Notes under the pieces: model-generated | The model's input: the letters and a program-made list of their open reading frames with translations, nothing else | The model's database searches: none | What the model was told of the DNA's origin: nothing | DNA from: Thermoflexus hugenholtzii JAD2 | GTDB lineage: Bacteria > Chloroflexota > Dehalococcoidia > UBA2979 | DNA length: 64,000 nucleotides | Direction: 5' to 3' | NCBI GenBank assembly: GCA_945903275.1 | Contig: CAMDNW010000001.1 | Location: 128,303 to 192,302 of the forward strand | Made by a program: the position numbers and the translations under genes | In this document: piece after piece, positions 30,617-39,796 of the stretch | How positions within the stretch are numbered: position 1 is the first letter of the stretch | Layout: every line of letters begins with the position of its first letter

Positions 30617-31975
30617 ATGACTACGCTTGACGAAGCCGCCATCGCCAATCTCGTGCGAGACGACCTCGCGCACCTGATCCACCCCCAGTACTACGCCCCC
30701 GATCACGAGTCGCCCGTCATCTTTGACCACGGCGAAGGCGTTTGGCTCACCGACGTCCGAGGCAAGCGCTACATCGATGGCCTCGCCTCGCTCTGGAACG
30801 TCGCCGTCGGCCACGGCCGCACCGAACTCGCCGAGGCCGCCGCGGAGCAGATGAAGAAGCTCGCCTTCGCGAACTCGTACACCGGCTTTTCGAACGTCCC
30901 CGCGATCCAGCTCGCCGCGAAGGTCGCTGATCTGGTCTATGAGGACCTCACTGGCGTCTTCTTCACCAACTCCGGTTCCGAGTCCAACGAGGGCGCGTTC
31001 AAGGCCGCCCGTTTCTACTGGAACCTGCGTGGCAAGCCCATGAAGACGCGCATCATCGCCCGCGAGCGCGCCTACCATGGCGGCACCCTCGCCACGACTG
31101 CGATGACCGGCCTCCCTGCCTTCTGGAAATATTTCGGCCCGTTTCTGCCCGAGGTCGTCCACACCCGCCGCCCCGACAACATCGAATGCGACTGCGCGCC
31201 GAACACCGACGGCGAGTGCGCACACTGGCTCGAAGCCGCCATTGAGCGCGAGGGAGCCGAAAACATCGCCGCCTTCATCGCCGAGCCGGTGAAGGGCGCG
31301 GGCGGGGTCTGGACGCCGGCCGACGACTATTTCGTCAAGATCCGCGAGATATGCGACCGCAACGAAGTGCTCTTCATCGCTGACGAGGTGATCACCGGCT
31401 TTGGCCGCACCGGAAAATGGTTCGCCCTCGAACGCTACGGCGTGCAGCCGGACATCCTCTCGATCGCGAAGGCGATCACCTCGGGCTATGTCCCGATGGG
31501 CGCGTTCATCGTGAGCGAGCAGATCATGAGTGCGCTCCAGCAACTCCCGAGCGACGCGCGCTTCATGCACGCCTATACCAACAGCGCGCACCCCACCGCT
31601 GCGGCCGTCGGCCTCCGCAATCTCCGCATCATCGAGGAAGAGCGTCTGGTCGAGAACGCCGCCACGATGGGCGACCGCCTCGGTGGTGGTCTGCGCCGCG
31701 CACTTGGCGGCCACGCGCACGTGACCAACATCCGCAACCTCGGCCTGATCGCCGGCTTCTCGCTGGTCAAGGATGCCGAGGCAGCCACCTCCTACGAGGT
31801 CTCGGAAGGCATCGGCCGTCAGGTCGCCCGCCACATGCGCGAGGAGGGCGGCGTCATCACGCGCTTCGTCGGAGACCAGATCGTGCTCGCCCCGCCTCTC
31901 GTGATCGCCACCGCCGAGGTCGACCAGATCGTCGGCGCGATCGAGGCCGCCGTGCGCTCGGTCACAGGGAACTGA
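30617..31975 (+). CDS. Class III (omega-amino acid/polyamine) aminotransferase
   Basis: YIDGLASLW, SGSESNE, FIADEVITGFGRTG, PDILSIAKAITSG. Confidence 0.94.
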   Translation: MTTLDEAAIANLVRDDLAHLIHPQYYAPDHESPVIFDHGEGVWLTDVRGKRYIDGLASLWNVAVGHGRTELAEAAAEQMKKLAFANSYTGFSNVPAIQLAAKVADLVYEDLTGVFFTNSGSESNEGAFKAARFYWNLRGKPMKTRIIARERAYHGGTLATTAMTGLPAFWKYFGPFLPEVVHTRRPDNIECDCAPNTDGECAHWLEAAIEREGAENIAAFIAEPVKGAGGVWTPADDYFVKIREICDRNEVLFIADEVITGFGRTGKWFALERYGVQPDILSIAKAITSGYVPMGAFIVSEQIMSALQQLPSDARFMHAYTNSAHPTAAAVGLRNLRIIEEERLVENAATMGDRLGGGLRRALGGHAHVTNIRNLGLIAGFSLVKDAEAATSYEVSEGIGRQVARHMREEGGVITRFVGDQIVLAPPLVIATAEVDQIVGAIEAAVRSVTGN

Positions 31976-31992
31976 TCACGTTGCATAGTGGA

Positions 31993-32022
31993 TTGACGAC
32001 ACTCCCTGCGGTTCGTTATTTT
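31993..32022 (+). promoter_or_regulatory. Sigma70-type promoter of a small transcription unit
   Basis: TTGACG-N18-TATTTT. Confidence 0.6.
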
Positions 32023-32050
32023 GGATACCAAGAAGGGAGGTGATGCCACA

Positions 32051-32122
32051 GTGTTATCTGACTCTGGTCATCAAGTTACGGGCTCGGCCCTAGGCGTCTC
32101 TACGGAGGTGCAATCGGGCTGA
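32051..32122 (+). CDS. Putative 23-aa micropeptide (MLSDSGHQVTGSALGVSTEVQSG) or structured sRNA
   Basis: Extended SD AAGGGAGGTGAT 6 nt before GTG; flanked by a promoter and a terminator. Confidence 0.45.
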   Translation: MLSDSGHQVTGSALGVSTEVQSG

Positions 32123-32142
32123 GCCCGTTGCGAAGTGACTTT

Positions 32143-32181
32143 GAAGAAGCCCCGGTGCATGCCGGGGCTTCTTCTTTTCTT
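32143..32181 (+). terminator. Rho-independent terminator
   Basis: GAAGAAGCCCCGG/CCGGGGCTTCTTC followed by TTTTCTT. Confidence 0.9.
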
Positions 32182-32318
32182 GTCGCGCGGCTACCGCTTC
32201 TTCACACGCCATTCACACCGGCGCGCTTGCGCCAGCGCCACAGTTCCCACACCGTGGTTTTCACTCCTGCGCGCCAACCAGAGTCATCCTCAGCAGTCGT
32301 ACCATTGAGGTGACGAGC

Positions 32319-33086
32319 GTGGCGTTCGACTTTGATACCTATCACCGCTTTCGCACCTCCCGTGATATCGCCGCTGAGGTGATTTATAGCGACGAGACCG
32401 TCTCGACGATGGACGACGCCCGCAAAGGCGCAGCCGAGGGCGGCATCCCCGGCACGGCCTATGTGGCCGGTGCCCAGACCGGCGGCCGAGGCCGTATGGG
32501 GCACACCTGGGCCTCGGAGGGCGCGGGCCTCTACGTTACCTTCCACCTTATCGCGCGCGACGCCATCACCGCGCCGCTCTTCTCGGTCGCTGGGTCGCTC
32601 GCCGTCGCCGATGCAGTCCGCGAAACCTCGCGTATCGTCCCCGATCTCAAGTGGCCCAACGACGTGCTCCACGGCGGCCGCAAACTCTCCGGCATACTGG
32701 CCGAGTCGGTGCTCGGTAGCCGTGTCGATGTCTTCCTCGGCATCGGCATCAACGTCCGCGCTGGCGCCTACCCGCCTGAACTCGCCGGGATCGCTACGAG
32801 CATCGAGGAGGCCGGTGCGCCACCGCCACCCAACGAGGAACTGCTCGCCGCGCTCGCCGCTGCCCTCGAACGCCATACCGCACAACTCGCGCGCTCACCC
32901 GCCGTCGTCGTCGCAGAGTGGCGCAGGAGGCTCACCACGCTCGGCCGCCACGTCCGCCTCGCCGCCGTCGACGGCAAAGTCTTCGAGGGCGTCGCCATCG
33001 ATGTCTCCTCGCGCGGCGAGATCGTACTGCGCCATGACGACGGCACCGAACAGTCCTTTGCCGCCGGCGACGTCACGACGGCTTGA
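32319..33086 (+). CDS. birA: Biotin--protein ligase (no HTH)
   Basis: QTGGRGRMGHTW, KWPND, KLSGIL, GIGIN; start either 32310 or 32319. Confidence 0.93.
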   Translation: MAFDFDTYHRFRTSRDIAAEVIYSDETVSTMDDARKGAAEGGIPGTAYVAGAQTGGRGRMGHTWASEGAGLYVTFHLIARDAITAPLFSVAGSLAVADAVRETSRIVPDLKWPNDVLHGGRKLSGILAESVLGSRVDVFLGIGINVRAGAYPPELAGIATSIEEAGAPPPPNEELLAALAAALERHTAQLARSPAVVVAEWRRRLTTLGRHVRLAAVDGKVFEGVAIDVSSRGEIVLRHDDGTEQSFAAGDVTTA

Positions 33087-33120
33087 CCTCGCCGCATGCG
33101 CCTTCTAGCCTCGAAACACA

Positions 33121-33213
33121 ATGAGCGAGCGAGCCATTTTCAGCGATACCCGTCACCATATGCACGCACGTGCGCGGCATCTCATGCCGTCGTGGATGGG
33201 CCTGCACCGCTAG
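33121..33213 (+). CDS. His operon leader peptide (30 aa, 5 His)
   Basis: MSERAIFSDTRHHMHARARHLMPSWMGLHR upstream of hisZ, followed by a terminator. Confidence 0.75.
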   Translation: MSERAIFSDTRHHMHARARHLMPSWMGLHR

Positions 33214-33238
33214 ACCGCCGTTCTAGACTGCATGACTC

Positions 33239-33267
33239 GCCGCGGTGGCCTGCCCCGCGGCTTTTTT
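33239..33267 (+). terminator. Attenuator terminator of the his leader
   Basis: GCCGCGG..CCGCGGC plus TTTTTT, just upstream of the hisZ SD. Confidence 0.8.
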
Positions 33268-33323
33268 GTGCCTCGCGAGGCCGTCCCGGCAGCGAGGCGG
33301 CGCACACGGAAAGGGAGCCTACA

Positions 33324-34328
33324 ATGGCCTCCACAGCAGAAAAGGACGAGTCGATGCTCGACGGTGGGCTGCGCAGCCGAGGCATGCACGACCTAGGGCC
33401 GCAGGCCATGCGTGGCTTCCGCGCGGTCGAGCGCACCTTCCTCGATACCGTCGCGTCGCGCGGCTATCAGGAGATCCGCACTCCCGCCATCGAGCCGCTG
33501 CACCTCTTCACCGCCACCGGCGCGCTCTCGCCGCAACTCCTCGACCGTGTCTACTCGTTCCTTGACTGGGACGGCTGGAGCGGGGAGCGCGTCGTGCTCC
33601 GCCCGGACGCCACCGTCCCGGCTGCCCGCTGGTACGACCAGCGCTGGCAAGACCCGTCTGAGGCCGCCCGCCTCTGCTACGTACAGCCTGTTTACTGCTT
33701 CGTCCCAGATGACGGTGAGCGCGAAGTCTGGCAGTGCGGGGTGGAACTGTTCGGCCTCGCATCGCCCGAGGCGGACGCCGAGTTACTGTTGCTCGCGTGC
33801 GACTTTCTCGCAGCCCTCGGCCTGCGCGATGTCCGCTTCGAACTCGCGCATGTCGGTCTTGTCCGCGCCACCCTCGCCGCCGCTGGCCTCGACCCCGCGC
33901 AGCAGGCCGAGGCATACGACCGCCTCCTCGCCGGCGACGCCACGACCGCTATCGCGAACGCGAATCCCGAGGTCGCCTCGGCGTTGCAATTACTCACCAC
34001 TGTCGATGGCGGCGGCGCGTACGTCGAGAACCTGCGAGGCGCGCTTGCCGCTGCCGTCCCCGAGGCGAGCACAGGTCTCGATGAACTCGCTGCTGCGGCG
34101 CGTGCGTTGGACGCCGCGGGCATCGCGTACCGCGTGCTCCCCGGCACCGCACGCAACTTCGAGTACTACACCGGCCTCACCTTCCGCGTGCTGGTCGGTG
34201 ACACAGAATGCATCAGTGGCGGCCGCTATGATGGCCTCGGCGAGATGCTTGGCGGGCGCGCCGTGCCCGCATCAGGCTTCGGCGCAGGTCTACTGCGTCT
34301 CATGAATCTCGTGGGCGGTGCGCGATGA
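33324..34328 (+). CDS. hisZ: ATP phosphoribosyltransferase regulatory subunit
   Basis: HisRS-like (RGMHD, LRPDAT, QCGVEL, EYYTG, GGRYD), no anticodon domain, first gene of his operon. Confidence 0.9.
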   Translation: MASTAEKDESMLDGGLRSRGMHDLGPQAMRGFRAVERTFLDTVASRGYQEIRTPAIEPLHLFTATGALSPQLLDRVYSFLDWDGWSGERVVLRPDATVPAARWYDQRWQDPSEAARLCYVQPVYCFVPDDGEREVWQCGVELFGLASPEADAELLLLACDFLAALGLRDVRFELAHVGLVRATLAAAGLDPAQQAEAYDRLLAGDATTAIANANPEVASALQLLTTVDGGGAYVENLRGALAAAVPEASTGLDELAAAARALDAAGIAYRVLPGTARNFEYYTGLTFRVLVGDTECISGGRYDGLGEMLGGRAVPASGFGAGLLRLMNLVGGAR

Positions 34329-35734
34329 GCGATCCTATCCGCGTCGCGCTACCTCGCGGTGACCTCCGCGCGCCGCTAGCCGAGCGGCTGCTCGCCGCCG
34401 GCTTCGTCGCTGAGGGCTACGCCGAAGGCTCGCGCTCATACCGCTTCGCCGTCACCGGTCGCCCCGAGGTGCTCGTCCGCGTCTTCTCGGAGCGTGACAT
34501 CCCGATTCAGGTGGCGCTCGGTCAGTACGACCTCGGCATTACCAGCTGCGTCTGGGTCGACGAACTGCTCGTCCGATATGCGCATGACTCGATCGTCCCG
34601 CTGCGTGCGCTTGACCTCGGTGCGGAGCGCATCGTGGCCGCCGCTGTGCCCGGTTCCGACCTGTCGAGGCTTGCCTCGGGTGTGATGCGCGTGACCACCG
34701 AACTGCCGCACCTCGCGACGCGCTGGCTCAACCGCCTGCGCATTCCGTCGTACCGCGTGATCGAGGTCTGGGGTGAGGCTGAGGCCTGGCCGCCGGACGA
34801 TGCTGATCTCGCGGTGCTGCCTGCTGCTGCCGCGGTCGCCGAGGGCCTTGAAATCCTTGCCACCGTGCACACCGGCTCCGCGCTGCTGATCGGCAACCAC
34901 CGCGCGCTCGCCGAGCGTGACCTCCGCGCAGCGCTCGAACCGCTGTTGTCACTGCCCGCCGGCCCGCTCACCGCCGGCCCTGAGTCCCCTCGCCCGCTCG
35001 ATGTGCCTCGAGGCGTCCGCCGCGAGACTGTCACGACACGTACCTCGCTCCGCCTCGCCGTCCCCGACGGGCACGCGCAGCGCCACACCGCCGCAGCGCT
35101 TGCCGATGCGGGTATTAGCCTAGATGGCTATGACGCGACCAACGCCGTCCGTCGCCCCCGCGCCAACCTCGATGGCGTCGAGGTGAAAGTGCTGCGCCCG
35201 CAGGACATGCCCGCCGCCGTTGCCGCGGGCGCGTTCGACCTCGCGCTGACCGGGCGCGACTGGCTCGCCGCGCACCTCGCCGCGTTCCCGTCATCGCCGG
35301 TCGTCGAACTCGCCGACCTCAAGCGCAGCCGTTACTCGCTTGGCGCGGTCGTCCCCGACGCGCTGCCTGCTGAGACTATCGAGGAGGCGATTGCTTACTG
35401 GCGGCGTGACGACCCGAACTTCGCCATCCGCGTCGCCTCCGAGTACGTCTCGCTCGCCGACCACTACGCGCGCGCGCGCCGTCTCGGTCGCTACCGCGTG
35501 ATCCCCATCGGCGGCGCGTCCGAAGGCTTTCTCCCCGACGATGCCGAGATATTGGTCGAAGGTTCAGAGACCGGCACCACGCTACGCGCGAACCAACTGC
35601 ACATGATCGACGTGATTATGGAGTCTACCAACTGCGCCATCGGCAACGCCGTGCGGCCCACTGGCGCGCGCGGCACGCTGCGTGACGACCTAGTATCTAG
35701 GCTGCAACGCGCTGCCGAAATGGTGCCTGCCTGA
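34325..35734 (+). CDS. hisG: ATP phosphoribosyltransferase, tandem two-domain form
   Basis: Two HisG(short) repeats: RDIPIQV..DLGIT and RPQDMP..DLALTG..ETGTTLRAN. Confidence 0.88.
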   Translation: MSDPIRVALPRGDLRAPLAERLLAAGFVAEGYAEGSRSYRFAVTGRPEVLVRVFSERDIPIQVALGQYDLGITSCVWVDELLVRYAHDSIVPLRALDLGAERIVAAAVPGSDLSRLASGVMRVTTELPHLATRWLNRLRIPSYRVIEVWGEAEAWPPDDADLAVLPAAAAVAEGLEILATVHTGSALLIGNHRALAERDLRAALEPLLSLPAGPLTAGPESPRPLDVPRGVRRETVTTRTSLRLAVPDGHAQRHTAAALADAGISLDGYDATNAVRRPRANLDGVEVKVLRPQDMPAAVAAGAFDLALTGRDWLAAHLAAFPSSPVVELADLKRSRYSLGAVVPDALPAETIEEAIAYWRRDDPNFAIRVASEYVSLADHYARARRLGRYRVIPIGGASEGFLPDDAEILVEGSETGTTLRANQLHMIDVIMESTNCAIGNAVRPTGARGTLRDDLVSRLQRAAEMVPA

Positions 35735-36474
35735 TGCCCTCGCTCGCTTCGCACCTCGCAGGCGCGCGCATCGTCGCTGACCGTCTTGGCCACCGTGCCA
35801 TCGAGGCCAGCCGCGGCGTGTTCTACCTCGGCGCAACCGCACCCGACCTGCGCAGCATCGAGCGCATCCCGCGTGAGCAGACGCACTTCTACATCCTCGA
35901 TGAACTGGGCGAGCAGGATCCCGTAGCACGCCTGCTTCGGGCGCACCCGCGCCTCGCGGCCGTCGATGACCTCGACGTTGAGACGCGTGCGCTGATGGCG
36001 GGCTACATCACGCACCTGCTGATGGATCAGCGCTACATCGAACAGGTCTACCGCGCGTACTTTGGCGTCGCCTCGAAACTCGGCGGCGATGCGCGCGCCG
36101 ACCTGCTCGACCGCCTGCTCCAATACGAACTCGATCGCCGCGAACGCGAAGGTGAGGCGCTTGCCGCCGTGCACGCCGCGATGCAGGACACGAGTGGTGC
36201 GGTCGACCTCGGTTTCGTCGAGCGCGAGCAACTCGCGCGCTGGCGCGATGTGGCCATCCAGATGGCTTCGCACCCACCGTCATGGGATCGCTGGGCGCGC
36301 ACCGCGCAGCGACACGTCCCCGGCGAGACTACCGAGGATACCGATTCGTTACTGCGCGACGTGCCGGATCTGCTGCGTGAAGTGCTCGACCACGTCACCG
36401 AGGATCGCTTGCGGGCGTTCATGGACGAGTCCATCGAGGAAGCGACTGCGCGCGTAAAGGCTTACCTCGGATGA
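35734..36474 (+). CDS. Zinc-dependent phospholipase C/P1-nuclease-like protein
   Basis: MPxxxxH N-terminus, LGATAPD, THF, GYITHLLMD. Confidence 0.75.
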   Translation: MPSLASHLAGARIVADRLGHRAIEASRGVFYLGATAPDLRSIERIPREQTHFYILDELGEQDPVARLLRAHPRLAAVDDLDVETRALMAGYITHLLMDQRYIEQVYRAYFGVASKLGGDARADLLDRLLQYELDRREREGEALAAVHAAMQDTSGAVDLGFVEREQLARWRDVAIQMASHPPSWDRWARTAQRHVPGETTEDTDSLLRDVPDLLREVLDHVTEDRLRAFMDESIEEATARVKAYLG

Positions 36475-37799
36475 CCGCTCTCCGCATCGTCATGGCTTCT
36501 GAGGCGCGCGCTACCGTACTCAGCCGCGCGCCGCTGCTCGACGCCCCGCTGCCCGAGGCGATTCGCGCCTCGATCCTCGGTACGTTCGGTGCGCCGCTGA
36601 CCGCTGCTGAGGTGGTCACGCGCATCATCGAGGATGTGCGCCGCGAGGGTGACGCCGCCGTGCGGCGCTACTCGCAGCGTTTCGACGGCTCCGCCGATGC
36701 ACCGATGGAGGTGATGTCCGAGGAGTTCGACGCCGCCGAGGTGGAGGTGCCCGAGGCGCTCGTGCGTGCGATCGAGTTCATGGCCGGCCGGGTGCGCACG
36801 TTCCACTCAATGCAGATCGATCACGCGCCGACCTCATTTCAGCGCGACGGCCTCGGGATGGTCGTGCGGCCGATTGGCCGCGCTGGTGTCTACATGACCG
36901 GCAATATCGCCGTGCTGCCCTCGTCGGTGGTGCACACTGCTGTCCCTGCCGTCGTCGCCGGTGTGCCCGAGGTGATCGGCGTCACTGCCGCACGCCCGGA
37001 CGGCTCCGTGCATCCGCTGAAACTCGTCGCCGCGCGCCGTGCTGGTGTGCAGCGCGTCTTCCGTGCCTCGGGCGCGCAGGCGCTCGCCGCGCTTGCCTTC
37101 GGTACGGAGACTATCCCGCGCGTCGACAAGATCTTCGGCCCCGGCAACCTGTTCGTGACGCTTGCCAAGCAGCAGCTCTACGGCCAAGTTGGTATTGATG
37201 CGCTCTACGGACCGACGGAGACCGTCGTGCTCGCTGACGACTCCGCCGCGCCCGACCTTTGCGCCGCCGATCTGCTCGCGCAGGCTGAGCACGATGTGCT
37301 CGCACGCCCCGTGCTGATCACCACCTCCGAGGCACATGCCCGCGCCGTCGCCGAGGCAGTCGAGGCGCAACTCGCCACTCTGGAGCGCGGCGCGATCGCT
37401 CGTGCCGCCATCGAACGCGGTGGTGCCGTCGTCGCCGCGGACATCGACGAGGCGCTCGCGCTCGCGAACGAGTTCGCCCCGGAGCACCTCTGCCTGCTCA
37501 CGCGTGACGCTGCCTCGCTCGTTCCGCGCATCCAGAACGCTGGCGGCATCTTCGTCGGTGACGACTCACCCGAGGTGCTCGGCGACTACGTCGCTGGCCC
37601 CAGCCACGTCATGCCCACCGGCGGCTCAGCTCGATTTGCTTCGCCGCTCTCCGTGATGGACTTCCTGAAGGTGACCTCGACGATTGCACTCACAGCCGAT
37701 GACTTGCGTACCATCGGCCCCGCCGCCGCTATGCTTGCGCGTGCTGAGGGCCTGACCGCCCACGCCCGCTCCATTGAGCTGCGTCTGGAGGGCCACTGA
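36471..37799 (+). CDS. hisD: Histidinol dehydrogenase
   Basis: GPGNLFV, AQAEHD, APEHL, GDYVAGPSHVMPTGG. Confidence 0.96.
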   Translation: MTALRIVMASEARATVLSRAPLLDAPLPEAIRASILGTFGAPLTAAEVVTRIIEDVRREGDAAVRRYSQRFDGSADAPMEVMSEEFDAAEVEVPEALVRAIEFMAGRVRTFHSMQIDHAPTSFQRDGLGMVVRPIGRAGVYMTGNIAVLPSSVVHTAVPAVVAGVPEVIGVTAARPDGSVHPLKLVAARRAGVQRVFRASGAQALAALAFGTETIPRVDKIFGPGNLFVTLAKQQLYGQVGIDALYGPTETVVLADDSAAPDLCAADLLAQAEHDVLARPVLITTSEAHARAVAEAVEAQLATLERGAIARAAIERGGAVVAADIDEALALANEFAPEHLCLLTRDAASLVPRIQNAGGIFVGDDSPEVLGDYVAGPSHVMPTGGSARFASPLSVMDFLKVTSTIALTADDLRTIGPAAAMLARAEGLTAHARSIELRLEGH

Positions 37800-38980
37800 T
37801 GCCGCCACGCTTTGACCCTGAGCGCGGAGTGCGCGCTTCGCTGCGCGGATTGCAGCCCTACACCCCGGTCGAGCCGCCCGAGGCGATGGCCGCGAGCTAC
37901 GGCGTGCCCCTCGACCGCCTCGTGAAACTCGATGCCAACGAGAATCCGTACGGCCCGTCGCCGCGGGCCCGTGCCGCGTTGGCCTTGGACTACGGTGCGC
38001 ACCGCTATCCCGACCCCGACCAGCGCCGTCTCCGCGATGCGCTGGCAAGGCGGCACAATGTCTCGCCTGAGACGATTGTCGCCGGGGCCGGTTCCGATGA
38101 GATCATCGACCTGCTCTTCCGCACCTATGTGGAAGAAGGCGACCGCATTGTCATCGCCTCGCCCACCTTCGGTATGTACGCCTTCGATGCTGGCCTCCAC
38201 GGTGCAACCGTCGTCGATGTCCCGCTGCACGACGACTGGAGCCTCGATGCTGATGCGTTGCTGGCCGAGGCCGCTCGCGTAAAAGCGGTCTTTATTCCGT
38301 CGCCCAATAATCCGACTGGACGCACGCTCCCGCGCGACCTCGCTGACGCGCTGCTCGCTTCTGGCGCGCTCCTCGTCCTCGACGAGGCATACATCGAGTT
38401 CTCGCACGCCGAATCGCTCGTCGCGCGCGCGGCGGCGGGCGATCCGTTGGTCGTGCTGCGCACCTTCAGCAAGTGGGCAGGCCTCGCCGGCCTGCGTGTC
38501 GGCTACGGCGTGATGCCGCAGGCCGTAGCGCACACGCTGATGCAGGTGAAGCAGCCCTACAGCGTCAGCGTTGCTGCCGAAGTCGCCGCGCTCGCCTCGC
38601 TCGAAGACGCGGCGCTTCTCGATGAGCGCGCCTGCGCGATCACTGGCGAGCGCGACCGCATGGCCGACGCGATGCGTGCCACCGGCTGGCTCGACCCCGC
38701 GCCGTCCGAGGCTAACTTCCTCCTTGTCCGCATGCAGTCTCCGCTCGTCCGGAGCCTGTCGAAGGGTGCTGCCGAAGGCGATACGGAGACTGCCTCTGAT
38801 GCTGTCGTGATGCGCGAAGCGCTCCGCCGCCGCGGCGTCTTCGTGCGCGTCTTCGACCATCCGCGCCTGCGCCATCACCTGCGTATCTCCACAGGCACCT
38901 CCGAGGACACCGATCGCGTCCTCGCAGCGTTCATCGAGGCCGGCGAGGAAATACAAGTACGAAACGAGGCTGCACGATGA
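37799..38980 (+). CDS. hisC: Histidinol-phosphate aminotransferase
   Basis: KLDANENPY, PNNPTG, DEAYIEF, RTFSKWAGLAGLRVGY. Confidence 0.96.
   Translation: MPPRFDPERGVRASLRGLQPYTPVEPPEAMAASYGVPLDRLVKLDANENPYGPSPRARAALALDYGAHRYPDPDQRRLRDALARRHNVSPETIVAGAGSDEIIDLLFRTYVEEGDRIVIASPTFGMYAFDAGLHGATVVDVPLHDDWSLDADALLAEAARVKAVFIPSPNNPTGRTLPRDLADALLASGALLVLDEAYIEFSHAESLVARAAAGDPLVVLRTFSKWAGLAGLRVGYGVMPQAVAHTLMQVKQPYSVSVAAEVAALASLEDAALLDERACAITGERDRMADAMRATGWLDPAPSEANFLLVRMQSPLVRSLSKGAAEGDTETASDAVVMREALRRRGVFVRVFDHPRLRHHLRISTGTSEDTDRVLAAFIEAGEEIQVRNEAAR
38741..38766 (+). repeat. REP-like element half embedded in frame in hisC
   Basis: CCGCTCGTCCGGAGCCTGTCGAAGGG (PLVRSLSKG) in a loop insertion. Confidence 0.55.
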
Positions 38981-39585
38981 CTGGATTGATGAGTCGCCGC
39001 GCCACGATCGCGCGTGACACCGCCGAGACGAAGATTCGCGTCGAACTGAACGTCGACGGCACAGGCCGCGCCGACGTGCAGACCGGCATCGGCTTCTACG
39101 ACCACATGCTGACCGCCTTCGCGCGTCATGGCCGTTTCGACCTCACGTTGTCCTGCACCGGCGATCTGCACATCGATGCGCACCACACGATGGAGGACTG
39201 CGCCATCGCGCTCGGCGCGGCCTTCGACGCCGCCCTCGGCGACCGTGCCGGCATCGTCCGTATGGGCGACGCGCTCGTCCCGCTCGACGAGGCGCTCGTG
39301 CAGGCGGTCGTCGACATCTCCGGTCGTCCCTTCGCGGCGGTCAGCCTCGACTTTGTCGGCGAGCAGATCGGCGAGGCGCCCTCGCAGATGTTCGCGCACG
39401 TCCTCCAGTCATTCTCCGTCGGCGCGAAACTCACCCTGCACGTCCGCCAACTGGCTGGCGCCAACGACCACCACATCGCGGAAGCCACGATGAAGGCCCT
39501 GGGCCGCGCGATGGACGTCGCCACGCGCCTTGACGGACGGATCGCGGGCGAGGTACCGAGCACGAAGGGCACGCTGACGGCATAG
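38977..39585 (+). CDS. hisB: Imidazoleglycerol-phosphate dehydratase
   Basis: TGIGFYDHML, IDAHHTMED, NDHHIAE, PSTKG. Confidence 0.97.
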   Translation: MTGLMSRRATIARDTAETKIRVELNVDGTGRADVQTGIGFYDHMLTAFARHGRFDLTLSCTGDLHIDAHHTMEDCAIALGAAFDAALGDRAGIVRMGDALVPLDEALVQAVVDISGRPFAAVSLDFVGEQIGEAPSQMFAHVLQSFSVGAKLTLHVRQLAGANDHHIAEATMKALGRAMDVATRLDGRIAGEVPSTKGTLTA

Positions 39586-39589
39586 AGGT

Positions 39590-39745
39590 GGCGCGTGGTA
39601 TCGCAAGTATTTCAGCGCGGACTACCAATCACTGGATCACTATCACGCAGTAGTGAATGCTGGCCGTATGCCCGACCACACTGCGTCGGACTTGGTGATT
39701 GAGGCCATGCAGGCGCTGGCGAAGCGCGGGAAAGCGAAAGCCTGA
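39590..39745 (+). pseudogene. 3' remnant of a cytidylate kinase-like gene
   Basis: WYRKYFSADYQSLDHYHAVVNAGRMPDHTASDLVIEAM* resembles that family's C-terminus; N-terminal part absent. Confidence 0.45.
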
Positions 39746-39796
39746 CGCCACGCCCGCCGGTGTGCCGGTCGCATCGCTCGTCTTGGAAGGACATGC

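Noticed and set aside
32043..32093. Alternative 16-aa ORF (MPQCYLTLVIKLRARP) in the small transcription unit
   Set aside because: Its ATG overlaps the extended SD; GTG 32051 has better spacing, though it is not fully excluded
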